This document shows positions 39,962 to 50,952 of a DNA stretch of 64,000 nt, in pieces. The notes under the pieces were generated by a model. That model was not told the origin of the DNA, ran no database searches, and saw nothing but the letters and a program-made list of their open reading frames with translations. The stretch comes from Octopus vulgaris (taxonomy: Eukaryota): contig OX597827.1 in NCBI GenBank assembly GCA_951406725.2, forward strand, positions 6,076,001-6,140,000, read 5' to 3'. Made by a program: the position numbers and the translations under genes. The stretch's first letter is position 1. Every line of letters begins with the position of its first letter.

Positions 39962-42109
39962 AATGTCTGGTAGTGTCGGCTATAGCCTAGTCACCCGTAT
40001 AGTTAATCAGGTGATACACAAAGGGGTCATACCCAATGACTGGTGTAGCAGTATAATAGTCAACTGCTACAAAGGTAAAGGTGATGCCCTAGATACAAAT
40101 AACTACAGAGGTATCAAGCTGGTGGACCAGGTGATGAAGGTTACGGAGAAGGTCATAGCCCAACTAATTAGAGAGAGTTAGTTTAGATGAGATGCAGTTT
40201 GGGTTTGTGCCAGGGAAAAGTACTACTGATGCTATATTCCTGGTAAGGCAGCTGCAGGAGAAATACCTAGCCAAAGATAAGCCCCTGTACCTGGCTTTTG
40301 TTGACATGGAGAAAGCCTTCGACAGGGTCCCCCGATCCCTTATCTGGTGGGCAATGAGGAAACTAGGGATAGATGAATGGTTAGTGAGAGCTGTGCGGGC
40401 CATGTACAGGGACGCCGCTAGTAGGGTGAGGGTTGGAAATGTGTACAGTGAAGAATTCCGGGTAGAGGTAGGAGTCCACCAAGGCTCAGTACTCAGCCCC
40501 CTCCTATTTATCATAGTCCTCCAGGCAATAACGGAGGAATTCAAGACAGGATGCCCTTGGGAGCTCCTCTATGCTGATGACCTTTATCTAATTGCTGAGT
40601 CGCTATCAGAACTGGAGGAGAAGTTTCAGGTGTGGAAACAAGGATTAGAATCGAAGGGCCTCAGAGTCAATCTAGCTAAAACCAAAGTCGTAATCAGTAG
40701 GAAGGTAGACAAATCACAAACACCTTCAGGTAGATGGCCCTGCTCGATCTGTAGAAAAGGTGTAGGTAGAAACTCTATAAGATGCACCAAGTGTAAGCTA
40801 TGGACACATAAGAGATGCAGCAATGTCAAAGGAAGGCTAACTAGGAAGATGGTTTTTGTATGTGGCAGATGCTCAGGAACAATAAACACTGAAAATGCTC
40901 TGAGACCAACTTCCGTCACTTTCCAGGGAGAAAAACTAGAAATAGTTGATAGTTTCCGTTACCTAGGTGACCAAGTCAGCAGCGGGGGCGGGTGTGCTGA
41001 AAGTGTAACTGCTAGAGTAAGAATAGCTTGGGCAAAGTTCAGAGAGCTCTTACCTCTGCTGGTGGCAAAAGGCCTCTCGCACAGAGTGAAAGGCAGACTG
41101 TATGATGCGTGTGTACGAACAGCCATGCTACATGGCAGTGAAACATGGGCCGTGACTGCTGAGGATATGCGTAAGCTCGCTAGAAATGAAGCCAGTATGC
41201 TCCGATGGATGTGTAATGCCGGTACTCACACTCGGCAGAGTGTAAGTACCTTGAGAGAAAAGCTGGACCTAAGAAGCATCAGTTGTGGTGTGCAAGAGAG
41301 ACGTTTGCGCTGGTATGGTCATGTGGCGAGAATGGATGAAGATAGTTGTGTGAAAAAGTGCCACACCCTAGCGGTTGAGGGAACCTGTGGAAGAGGCAGA
41401 CCCAGGAAAACCTGGGACGAGGTGGTGAAGCACGACCTTCGAACTTTAGGTCTCACTGAGGAAATGACTAGAGACCGAGACCTCTGGAAGTGTGCTGTGC
41501 GCGAGAAGACCCGGCAGGACAAGTGAGTCCATAACCCATGGCCTTCTACATGGGATGGAGCCAGCCTACGTATGCATACCTTCCCTTCTTGGGACACAAA
41601 ACTCTACTTGTGAAGACGTGATGAGGCAAGTGAGGATCAGAATCGAAATCGATCAATGGAAATTGCGGATGTGCTACCAGTGCCGGTGGCATGTCAAAAC
41701 TCTGCTTGTGAAGACCCGTTGAGGCAAGTGACGATCAGAATCGAAATCGATCAATGGAAATCGATCAATGGAAATTGCAGATGTGTTACCAGTGCCGGTG
41801 GCATGTAAGAGAACTTTCCGTTTCGCGACCGTTGCCAGCCTCGCCTGGCCCTCGTGCCGGTGGCACATAAAAAGCACCATCCGTTCGTGGCCGTTTGCCA
41901 GCTCTGTCTGGCACCAGTGCGGGTGGCACGTAAAAAGCACCCACTACACTCACGGAGTGGTTGGCGTTAGGAAGGGCATCCAGCCGTAGAAACACTGCCA
42001 GATTTGACTGGGCCTGATGAAGCCTTCTGGCTTCACAGACCCCAGTAGAACGTCCAACCCATGCTAGCATGGAAAACGGACGCTAAACGATGATGATGAT
42101 GATGATGAT
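39962..42109 (+). mobile_element. 5'-truncated RTE-clade LINE inserted into the internal (TA)n tract of a SINE
   Basis: RT-type ORF, about 560-bp 3'UTR with internal repeats, and a (GAT)n tail. The SINE 5' half lies to the left (39786-39955) and its 3' half to the right (42110-42342). Confidence 0.93.
40192..41526 (+). CDS. RTE LINE reverse transcriptase ORF fragment (RT, PHD-type finger, C-terminal domain)
   Basis: Motifs QFGF, AFVDMEKAFDRV, GVHQGSVLSP, YADD, FRYLG, RRLRWYGHV and RGRPRKTW. The upstream part (KGKGD..NYRGIKL, ORF 39954-40181) is separated by a frameshift in an AG run near 40175. No endonuclease domain is present. Confidence 0.9.
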   Translation: MQFGFVPGKSTTDAIFLVRQLQEKYLAKDKPLYLAFVDMEKAFDRVPRSLIWWAMRKLGIDEWLVRAVRAMYRDAASRVRVGNVYSEEFRVEVGVHQGSVLSPLLFIIVLQAITEEFKTGCPWELLYADDLYLIAESLSELEEKFQVWKQGLESKGLRVNLAKTKVVISRKVDKSQTPSGRWPCSICRKGVGRNSIRCTKCKLWTHKRCSNVKGRLTRKMVFVCGRCSGTINTENALRPTSVTFQGEKLEIVDSFRYLGDQVSSGGGCAESVTARVRIAWAKFRELLPLLVAKGLSHRVKGRLYDACVRTAMLHGSETWAVTAEDMRKLARNEASMLRWMCNAGTHTRQSVSTLREKLDLRSISCGVQERRLRWYGHVARMDEDSCVKKCHTLAVEGTCGRGRPRKTWDEVVKHDLRTLGLTEEMTRDRDLWKCAVREKTRQDK

Positions 42110-42342
42110 ATATATATATGCGTGTGTGTATTTGTGTGTGTCCCCCTAGCATTGCTTGACAGCCGATGCTGGTGTGTTTATGTCCCCGTTACTTAGCGGT
42201 TCGGCAAAAGAGACCGATAGAATAAGTACTGGGCTTACAAAAGAATAAGTCCCGGGGTCGAGTTGCTCGACTAAAAAGGCGGTGCTCCAGCATGGCCGCA
42301 GTCAAATGACTGAAACAAGTAAAAGAGAGAGAGTAAAAGAGT
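42110..42342 (+). mobile_element. SINE family A, 3' half (split by the RTE LINE)
   Basis: Resumes at (TA)n(TG)n CCCCTAGCATTGC and ends with the GTAAAAGAG tail. Confidence 0.9.
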
Positions 42343-42865
42343 AACTTTCATGAGATAGCACTGAGTTGTGTGAAAACACAGTTCATTGATTGTATTAGAA
42401 TTTGTGGATATTTCCTTCTTGTTACTCTCCTGAATCTATGGTGCCATAGTCTATGCGAGAAATTATGAAATAGCAAAAAAACATAAGGCATACTAATAAA
42501 TTGATTGCACAGCCTCTAATATGTGTCATGGCAAATGTAGGATTATTACATAGAAGGAAGTAAATTATAGGTTAGAAAGTTAAAGGTATACATAACATGT
42601 GATTCGAGAATTGTGGAAACATGTGCAGTCATAAGTTTAGTTGCAGGTTTCTTCTCATCTTCATCTTCCTGATGTCTAACAGCAAGACGGAACTACAAAA
42701 GAATTGCAATAACTCTCCTAGCGGAATTCTCACAGCTTCAACACGAATTTGCTAACACACCATGAGCACTTTTACACATTACGTAGTCGTCCTAATTCAG
42801 ATGAGGAATTCATTACAAAAAAAAAAGAAGCAAGAAAGCTGAAAATACAAAATTGTGTGTGTGTG

Positions 42866-42947
<82 letters not shown>

Positions 42948-44149
42948 TTGTATATATACATATATATATATATGTATATATATATACATATATGTATATA
43001 CATATACGTATACATATACATATATATATATATACACACACACATATATATAGATGTGTAAGTGTATATATATATATAGGAACACACGTACAGATAAGAA
43101 AAATATAAGTAAAAGAAATCCTTGCTATTTGAAAGTCAAATCAGTTTTCCTTACAATCCCCTGCTGATTAAATATAATTAACTAAAGGACACCTGTATTG
43201 TTTTTAAGGTTGAACAAGAGAGACTGTATCATGTTAGCAAATGTTATTTGAGAGATATTTTTATTTAATTATTTGCGAGTTTCGACTTTGATGTAAGTGC
43301 ATCCAGTTAAGTAAGTGATAAATTGAAAAAAAGATTTCTTTGAAGTTTAAAAAGATTATCATTTAAAATTCAGGAAACAATTGAGTGTAAGTAAAACTTT
43401 CAGAGCAGAAAGTATTGTCTTCTTGTTAACAACACTTTGTTGGTTTTCTTTTCAAAAGATTACTCATAAAATGATTTAGCAATAATTTCATTTGCATAAA
43501 ACTATCAATATTCAAAAGAGCAGTGCAAAAAAACACAGTAATTTATAAACTGTGCATGAAAAAGATTTTCTTTCTCTTCTTCTGTGTTTCTCTTTCACAA
43601 GATGTAAGCCATGGAAAAGTGGTAGTTAAAAATAATCAATATATAATGTACATTAAGAGAAGTGGATGGAAAAGGGTTCAACCTCTACAAGAACTTTATA
43701 CAGAAGATGGAATGATTAAAATTACTTTCTTTTTCCTAAACAAATAAAATGAAATTTGAAAATGTTAAAAATAGTTCTAAAAGAAAAGAATATACAGAGA
43801 GGCTTCCCTTATATCATGGGAATATTCTATTTAAAATCTATTAAACAACTTATCGAACAAGAAAGAATTGAACACACGTAACAAGAATGGATGAATTTAG
43901 AGTATAAAAAAACTGTAATTTCTCCTGAAAGGTAATATGATAATGTCATGCTTTCATGATCACTGGAATTGTATGAAAAAAAAAAATAATAATAAAAAAT
44001 TAACAACTTTACAGAGGTAAGGAGGAAGCAGATGAAATTTTAAACAAATACATCTGAATAATTAATTGTTTGATTTATCTCTTAAGAACAAAGTCTTTTA
44101 TGTAAGATGATATTGAAGAAGTCTTGTAACTATTGTTCAATATACTGCT

Positions 44150-44745
44150 TAGATAAGGTAAGTTCAGATATGTACTAGACTGGGGAACTGCTGATGCTAT
44201 CTTCATAGGGAGACAGCTGTAAGGAAAGTTCTTAGTAATGAGTAAGCCTCTGTACTTAACTTTTGTTGATCTGGAGAAGGCCTTTGATAGAGTTCTATGA
44301 TCTATAAATTAGGATTAAATGAATAGTCTTTGAGAGCAATGCATGTCATCAACAGAGATGTAGTTAACACAGTAAGGGTTGGCAAATGCAAGTAAGTGTC
44401 CCTTAAGGCTTGGTTCCTAGACTGCTCCTATGTATTCTTTTTTTTCTCTCCTTGTTTCTTTTCTGTGTATCTTTCTGTCGAAGAGCGTAGGCTCGAAACG
44501 TAAAAGACTTGTTTTGTTTCTATTCCTGAGCACCATACTAATACAATTGTTTGTTTGTATTCCACCTGCCTTCGTCTTTTGTTTATTTTCGTAAACCTGC
44601 CTTTGTCGCTTGTTTATTTTCGTAAACCTTCCTATGTATTCTAGTTCTCCAAGCCATGGCAGAGAAGTTTAAGATTGCTTGCCCCTGGGAACTCCTATAT
44701 GCTGATGATGTGGGCTTTAACAGCAGACACTTGGAAGAAATAGCC
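44150..44745 (+). mobile_element. Older degenerate RTE LINE RT remnant, interrupted by an insertion at 44439-44629
   Basis: Translates to DAIFIGRQL*GKF..KPLYLTFVDLEKAFDRV and ACPWELLYADD, homologous to the 40192 ORF but with stops. Confidence 0.8.
44439..44629 (+). mobile_element. Short Penelope-type terminal element with a 13-bp TSD
   Basis: TCCTATGTATTCT duplicated at 44426-44438 and 44630-44642; contains CTGTCGA A GAGC-GTAG-GCTC GAAACGT. Confidence 0.7.
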
Positions 44746-45521
44746 TTTGCAGATGGATTATTCTGGTTGACAGAGAAAAATACACACAAGTACCTTTTAA
44801 ATGCCTAATGGAAAATCATAGGTATATGCCAAATAAAATATCATGTTCAATAAATAAATATTGGTTTCAAATTTTGGCACAAGGCCAGCAGGTTTGGTGG
44901 ATGGGTGAAGTTGATTACATCGATTTCAATGCTTAACCAGTACTTATTTTATCAATCCCAAGAGGATGAAAGCCAAAGTCAACCTAGCCAGAATTTGAAC
45001 CCAGAATGTTAAGACAAACGAAATGCCACTAAGCATTTTGGCCAGTACACTAACAATTCTGCCAGCTCACTGCCTTTCAGTAAATAGATATTGATAAGGC
45101 CATAGGAATTCTTTGAAAAATGGTACTTTATTTCATGACTTACATGTAATATCTTCTACAAAAAGCAGTCAGTCCTTGGTATATAATATTTCAAAATAAT
45201 TTTGTCTTGAATACTGATTTAGTTCCAGTTACAATTAATGGGGTGCTTTATAAGAATATAAATTGACCAAAAACTTACCTAGCATTTTATTTGATCAAAT
45301 CCAAAAGAACGAGAGATTAGATTATCCCCAGTAGGATTTAACTCTTCAGCATTTAAATTGTTCTGTTGAATTTAATCCTTATTTATTCAAATTGTTTTGC
45401 ATTATCTTATGACATTGAGATTTCAATGCCATGATTATTTATTTTTAGAATGATAATGTAGAGTGGGTGTAAGAAACTGGATCTAGCCAGTTTGAACCAA
45501 AAGACAGATAGAATATTTTGG

Positions 45522-45808
45522 CCGCCGCCTTGGCTGGCTTCCGTGCCGGTGGCACGTTAAAAGCTCCAACCGATCGTGGCCGATGCCGGACCCCTCTGGC
45601 ACCTGTGCAGGTGGCACGTAAAAAGCACCCACTACACTCGCAGAGTGGTTGGCGTTAGGAAGGGCATCCAGGTGTAGAAACTCTGCCAGGTCAGACTGGA
45701 GCCTGGTGCAGCCCCTGGCTTCCCAGACCCCAGTCGAACCGTTCAACCCGTGCTAGCGCAGAAAACGGACGTTAAACGATGATGATGATGATGATGATGA
45801 TGATGATA
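45522..45808 (+). mobile_element. RTE LINE 3'UTR fragment inserted into a degenerate piggyBac MITE (about 45338-45835)
   Basis: LINE tail plus (GAT)n; the flanks resemble the reverse complement of the 25224 MITE. Confidence 0.75.
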
Positions 45809-46474
45809 TAGCCAGTTTGAATACCAAAGAGTTAAACATAGAAGTAAAGTGTTACAACTATATATCACAAGAATTATTTTCGATTTTCGTTTTTTTGGAT
45901 TTGGTTTGCAAGATTTTTTATATGAGTTCGTGTGTTGAAGCATATTCTGTTGTGTCTGGGGAGAGTCATTTTCTTTTTGTGCCTTATAATGTAACACACC
46001 CTTTTTGTGCCTTATAGTGTGTTACATTATAAGGCACAAAAATAAAATGACTCTCCCCAAACACAACAGAATATTATCGATTTGTCACTCTATTTTATTT
46101 TTTTTGTCAATCCACCAACACCTATCCCAAACAGATTGGTATAAACTTGAGGTTATGAAGCTTGCTTTGCAATCATGGTGTTTCAGGTTCAGTCCTAGTG
46201 CACAGCACCTTGAACAAGCCCCAGGCCAAAAAATACCTCATGAATGAAGCGTGTGTATTTCTTTGTGTCTGTGTTTGTGACCCCAGCCACTGCTTGAGAA
46301 CTGGTGTGGGTTTGTTTGCATCCCAGTAACTTTACAAAATGACATAAAGAAACTGATACAATAGGTACCAGATTTTTTTTTAAAATTAAGTACTGGGATC
46401 GACTGTTTGACTAAAACTCTTCAAAGTAGTACCCCAGCGTGGTTGTAGTCCAATGACTGAAACACTTAAAAGAT

Positions 46475-46509
<35 letters not shown>

Positions 46510-47815
46510 TGAATGGAAGCTGTTAGTAATGAAGTTGAAATTGTGACCTGTGTACAGGTAGTTCAACACCATATCCATATAACTACTGCATCTTTCTACA
46601 TCTCTAGTTCCTATATTTACACCATCCAGAGAGTAATTATACTTATCTCCTGATAGTTGCCACAATGATAATATGAATATACGTGAATTGTAGATCTGAA
46701 TTGATTACTGATAAGACAGAAGTAATTACTTCGAGATAGAAGTCGACAAAGTAGAGACTTTGATGTGCCTCTGGCAGTGCTTAACCATTTCAGACCCAGT
46801 CTAGTACAATGTATATCAATAAATTCTTTATTTCTGTTATATCAACCGACTTTTCATTTTATTTCGAGGATTTGCCTAAAACTAAATCATCCTTTCACAC
46901 AATACATCTACTGGTCACATTCTTCAAATGGCTTCCTTCCTTATTTATATCTGTCTTGCACCATCATCATCTACAACAAACAATACCTTTCTCATATAAT
47001 GATCGGAAAGTTTTAATTTTCCCAGGAAGAGTTGTGTCCATTCAGAATGAGAACTCGATTTTCATTACTAATACTTTATTGATTCCAGAGTTATGAAAAG
47101 CAAAATTTGAATTGGTACGATTTGAACTCAGAATATAAAGAAGCCTCCTTATAAATCAATCTCAAACTAGCATCAGCAACATTTTCTAATTTGGGATCAA
47201 TATTCTAGATCAGTTATTCAAATCCTGGGTATAATCGTTCTTCTTAATTCTCCCATTGGCTATGTTCATCATTCGGAAATCCTACATGTTTCGGAAAACT
47301 AAACAATATACTTGTGGAAGAATTTTCTTTAGCAGTAAGTTGTTACCATTGTCTATTGTCAATCTCTAGAAGCTGCTGTTATATATTGTCTTCAGTGAGT
47401 TTTCTATTATTTGTGACATTTTGCTCTGCCAGAATGTTTCCTATGTCAGTCAAGACATTAATGCTTCTATCAGTTATGATGGCTTTCTTTATGCTGTTAC
47501 CCAATCATCTTCAACACATACATACACAAATTTTTAATGCATATATATACATATATACACACACACGTATATATATATACAGTAGAGTTAGATATATATT
47601 GACATCTACCTATAAGACACACAAAGACAGGCAACATTAAGCACTGTCATAGACACACAGAAACACACACATACATGTAAATTAACTCGTACGCATATAT
47701 ATATTCATCATTTTTATGATTTTCCATCTTGGTATGGGGATGAATGAATCTGACAATGTCTTTCCACTTATAGTCTTCATCATCTGCTAGATACAGCAAC
47801 AGAGAAAATTCACTC

Positions 47816-47962
<147 letters not shown>

Positions 47963-48105
47963 AAGAAAGAGAGAGAGAAAGAGAAAAAGAGAGAGAAAGA
48001 GAGAGAGAGAGTAGCAGGGACAAAGAAACATGGACAGACAACAGACAGACATATGCAAATATACATACACTCATTTGTGTATAAATATCTATGTTTGTGT
48101 ATGTA

Positions 48106-48142
<37 letters not shown>

Positions 48143-48427
48143 CATACAATTACAAACACTAATACACAGATACACGTATAAATTAAGTCAATAAATATTA
48201 GAAACATTTCATGAGGTCAAAAGTGATATTAAAGGAATTATAGTTAATTGAAATTTTCTTTAATTACAGAGAAATGTAGCAATTATCTTGCAAGTTAACA
48301 ACAAGAAAAAAAACACACAGAAATTCATGATTGCCAATCATCAATAGAATCACAAGAAAATGAAAGGGAAAGAAAAAAAAGAAAGAAAAAACAAATAACA
48401 TCTTCAATAAATGGAATTGAAAATAAA

Positions 48428-50836
48428 TTAGCTACTTACAGGGTGTGCCCGTTTTGAAATAGTTTTGCTGTGTTTCCCTATGGAAGATCCTTCCCAGCAG
48501 TGATTAGTCTCATATTGTGAGTGTGGCTCTCTTATTAGAGTTGTCGGAAAGTTATCAGTGCAAGCTAACATAGTAATTGGAATATCATATTTAGGAGATA
48601 TTTCTTCACAAGTATATTCAGACTGTCTCCTTTCATTTAAAATGTCATTATGTGTGCCTACACTCCCAGTAAATCGACTATCCTTTGTGCTTTTCCTTTG
48701 GATTATACACATAATGAAAGATACAACAATAGCAACAGAAACTATCACTGCTGCTACTACTATAATAATCATCAAGTTAATATGAATTCTGTTGTCTGAT
48801 TCTGTGTCTTGAGAGATGTACATTCTAGCTGTTGTATTGCTAACAGTTAGTGTCAAAGACAGTGTGGTCGTTGCTGATAAAACTGGTATGCCATTGTCTT
48901 TGACAGTTAATATCAGATTATATGATCCAGCATCGTTTTGGTAAACCGTTCGAGAGAATGACAAAACTCCTGTGTAAGGGTTGACTGTAAATAACTGCTT
49001 GTTGTTACCTCCAAGTATTTCATACTTGAGGAAGGCATTAACATGACTGTCTCTGTCTGAGGCTCTTAATGTTGTGATGTCACTCTTACTCTGTGGATGG
49101 TAATGGACATCTAAATTGAAAGGGTTAAAACTAGGGAAAGTAAAATAGGGAGCATTATCATTTTTATCCATAACTTCAACAACAACATTAGCTGTGTTGT
49201 TAAGAGAAGGTATTCCATTGTCTTTAGCCATTATTTTAAACCGATAAAGATCTTGCTTTTCACGGTCAAGTGACTGAGTAGTTGAAATAAAACCAAAATC
49301 AGATATGGAAAATGGAATATGTCTATTAGAGCCGATAAGAGAGTAGGTTAACTGAGATCCAGCAACAAGATCTGGATCTGTAGCATTGACAAAACCTATT
49401 GAGAACTTAGGTTCTTCATTTTCATAGACTGAAAACCTGAATGTAGCTTTTGTAAATTGTGGTTGAATATCATTAATATCCATAACTTGGATTGAAAAAC
49501 TGTGATCTGTTTGTAATGGTGGAAATCCTTTGTCTTCACAAGAAATCGTGAGATCAATATGGCTTTCTGTTTCTCTGTCTAATGATTTTTTTACAACTAA
49601 TTTGTATTTTTTCTTTCCTAGACTTTGAAGCTGAATTTTATCATGACGAAGATTGCATATAATTTTGCCATTCATTCCAACGTCATTATCTGTGACCTTT
49701 ACGTAAGCTATGAAACTGTTAATTTTCACTCCTTCTGAAATAATGGCAGTGTTTCCTGTAGATTTTGAAATAAAGTTAATATCAATAACAGGAGCACTGT
49801 TTTCATTGTTATTTACATGAACCAATACAATGGCTGTTGAAGTCGATGGTGGATTTCCCCCATCAGTAGCTTCCACAAATAATTTATAAGACTTTTTGGA
49901 TACAAAAGGAACTTTTTTCTTTAGAATTATTTCTCCTGTTTTCTCATTCAAATGAAAATATGATTTTGCAACATTTGAAGTTTTTGAGCTAAAGTGATAT
50001 GTGACTTTGCCATTTTCCCCTGAATCTACATCACTTGCAGATAATATTGTAATTGGTCTATTTTTTTCATTTCTGTTACTAATAGAAATATTATAAAGAT
50101 TTTGAGAAAAGATTGGTGAGTTATCATTTTCATCGATAACAGTTATTATCACATCCAAGACACCAAACTTTGAAGGAGATCCTCCATCTGTAGCAATAAT
50201 TTGAAGCTTATAATTATCTTTCCTTTCTCTGTCAACTTCTCCTTCCAAAACGATTCCAAGTTTAATTGTTGAATCTGTCTTTTTTGTAATTGATAATGAA
50301 AATGTTTTTTCTATATCTTTCTTCAGTTGGTATGTAATTTGTGAGTTAATAAGACTCACATCTCTGTCTTTAGCAGTTGGAACGAATTTTATAGTTCCTT
50401 TGCCATCTGTTTCATCAAATTGTATATTGACTTGCTTGACTGGAAACTCAGGTCGTTGATCGTTAACATCTTCCACAACAACTTTAATTTCTAATATTTT
50501 GACGAAAGATTCTTCGTTTCGTACTGCTATATCCACCATTTTGAAGCATTCAGTGTTGAATTTACATAGCATATCTGCATCAACTATTTGAGACGTGTAA
50601 AGTTTACCTGTCTTAGAGACATTAAATAACTGTGATCCATTGATAAAAGTTTCTTTTAAGTGGCTGAACCAAAGTAGATTGTGATCTTGTACAGGTATGC
50701 GATCAAACAAATGTGTGTCTGCTGCAATGTCACCAACTAATGTACCAGGCATCTTGCCTTCTTCTACATGATAAATGAGGTCTTCACATTGAGAAATCTT
50801 CAGGAGAAACGACATTATATAAAGATATGTCCACAT
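48428..50836 (-). CDS. Cephalopod-type protocadherin, large coding exon (signal peptide, 6 cadherin repeats, TM helix, start of cytoplasmic tail)
   Basis: Uninterrupted ORF of about 800 codons. First ATG at 50836 gives a hydrophobic signal (MWTYLYIMSFLLKISQC). Cadherin linker motifs DVNDQRPEF, DENDNSPIF, NNNENSAP, DINDIQPQF and DKNDNAPYF, plus DRE, AxDxG and DxD motifs. TM segment INLMIIIVVAAVIVSVAIVVSFIMCII. Probable phase-0 donor CCT|GTAAGT after 48440; unspliced stop at 48428. Confidence 0.95.
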   Translation of the reverse strand: MWTYLYIMSFLLKISQCEDLIYHVEEGKMPGTLVGDIAADTHLFDRIPVQDHNLLWFSHLKETFINGSQLFNVSKTGKLYTSQIVDADMLCKFNTECFKMVDIAVRNEESFVKILEIKVVVEDVNDQRPEFPVKQVNIQFDETDGKGTIKFVPTAKDRDVSLINSQITYQLKKDIEKTFSLSITKKTDSTIKLGIVLEGEVDRERKDNYKLQIIATDGGSPSKFGVLDVIITVIDENDNSPIFSQNLYNISISNRNEKNRPITILSASDVDSGENGKVTYHFSSKTSNVAKSYFHLNEKTGEIILKKKVPFVSKKSYKLFVEATDGGNPPSTSTAIVLVHVNNNENSAPVIDINFISKSTGNTAIISEGVKINSFIAYVKVTDNDVGMNGKIICNLRHDKIQLQSLGKKKYKLVVKKSLDRETESHIDLTISCEDKGFPPLQTDHSFSIQVMDINDIQPQFTKATFRFSVYENEEPKFSIGFVNATDPDLVAGSQLTYSLIGSNRHIPFSISDFGFISTTQSLDREKQDLYRFKIMAKDNGIPSLNNTANVVVEVMDKNDNAPYFTFPSFNPFNLDVHYHPQSKSDITTLRASDRDSHVNAFLKYEILGGNNKQLFTVNPYTGVLSFSRTVYQNDAGSYNLILTVKDNGIPVLSATTTLSLTLTVSNTTARMYISQDTESDNRIHINLMIIIVVAAVIVSVAIVVSFIMCIIQRKSTKDSRFTGSVGTHNDILNERRQSEYTCEEISPKYDIPITMLACTDNFPTTLIREPHSQYETNHCWEGSSIGKHSKTISKRAHPVSS

Positions 50837-50888
50837 TTTAGTCAATGAGTAAGTTGATGATGGTAGACAAAGAATCAATTCAAAGAAT

Positions 50889-50905
50889 CTGTAAAATATA
50901 ATATA
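50889..50905 (-). promoter_or_regulatory. Splice acceptor upstream of the protocadherin ATG, implying an upstream 5'UTR exon
   Basis: Minus strand reads TATATTTTACAG|ATTCTTTG, 52 nt upstream of the ATG. Confidence 0.6.
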
Positions 50906-50952
50906 AATGACAAGAATTAAAATCTTAAAAAATTTCGACCATGGCGTCACAG

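Noticed and set aside
42014-42040. CTGATGA plus an AGCC/GGCT stem in the RTE 3'UTR as a hammerhead
   Set aside because: No GAAA follows the stem, and other copies read CTGGTGCAGCC, so this is a chance variant.
50837-50950. GTG-initiated 38-aa N-terminal extension of the 840-aa ORF
   Set aside because: This is a eukaryotic locus. The extension crosses a splice acceptor at 50889, and the ATG at 50836 starts the signal peptide.
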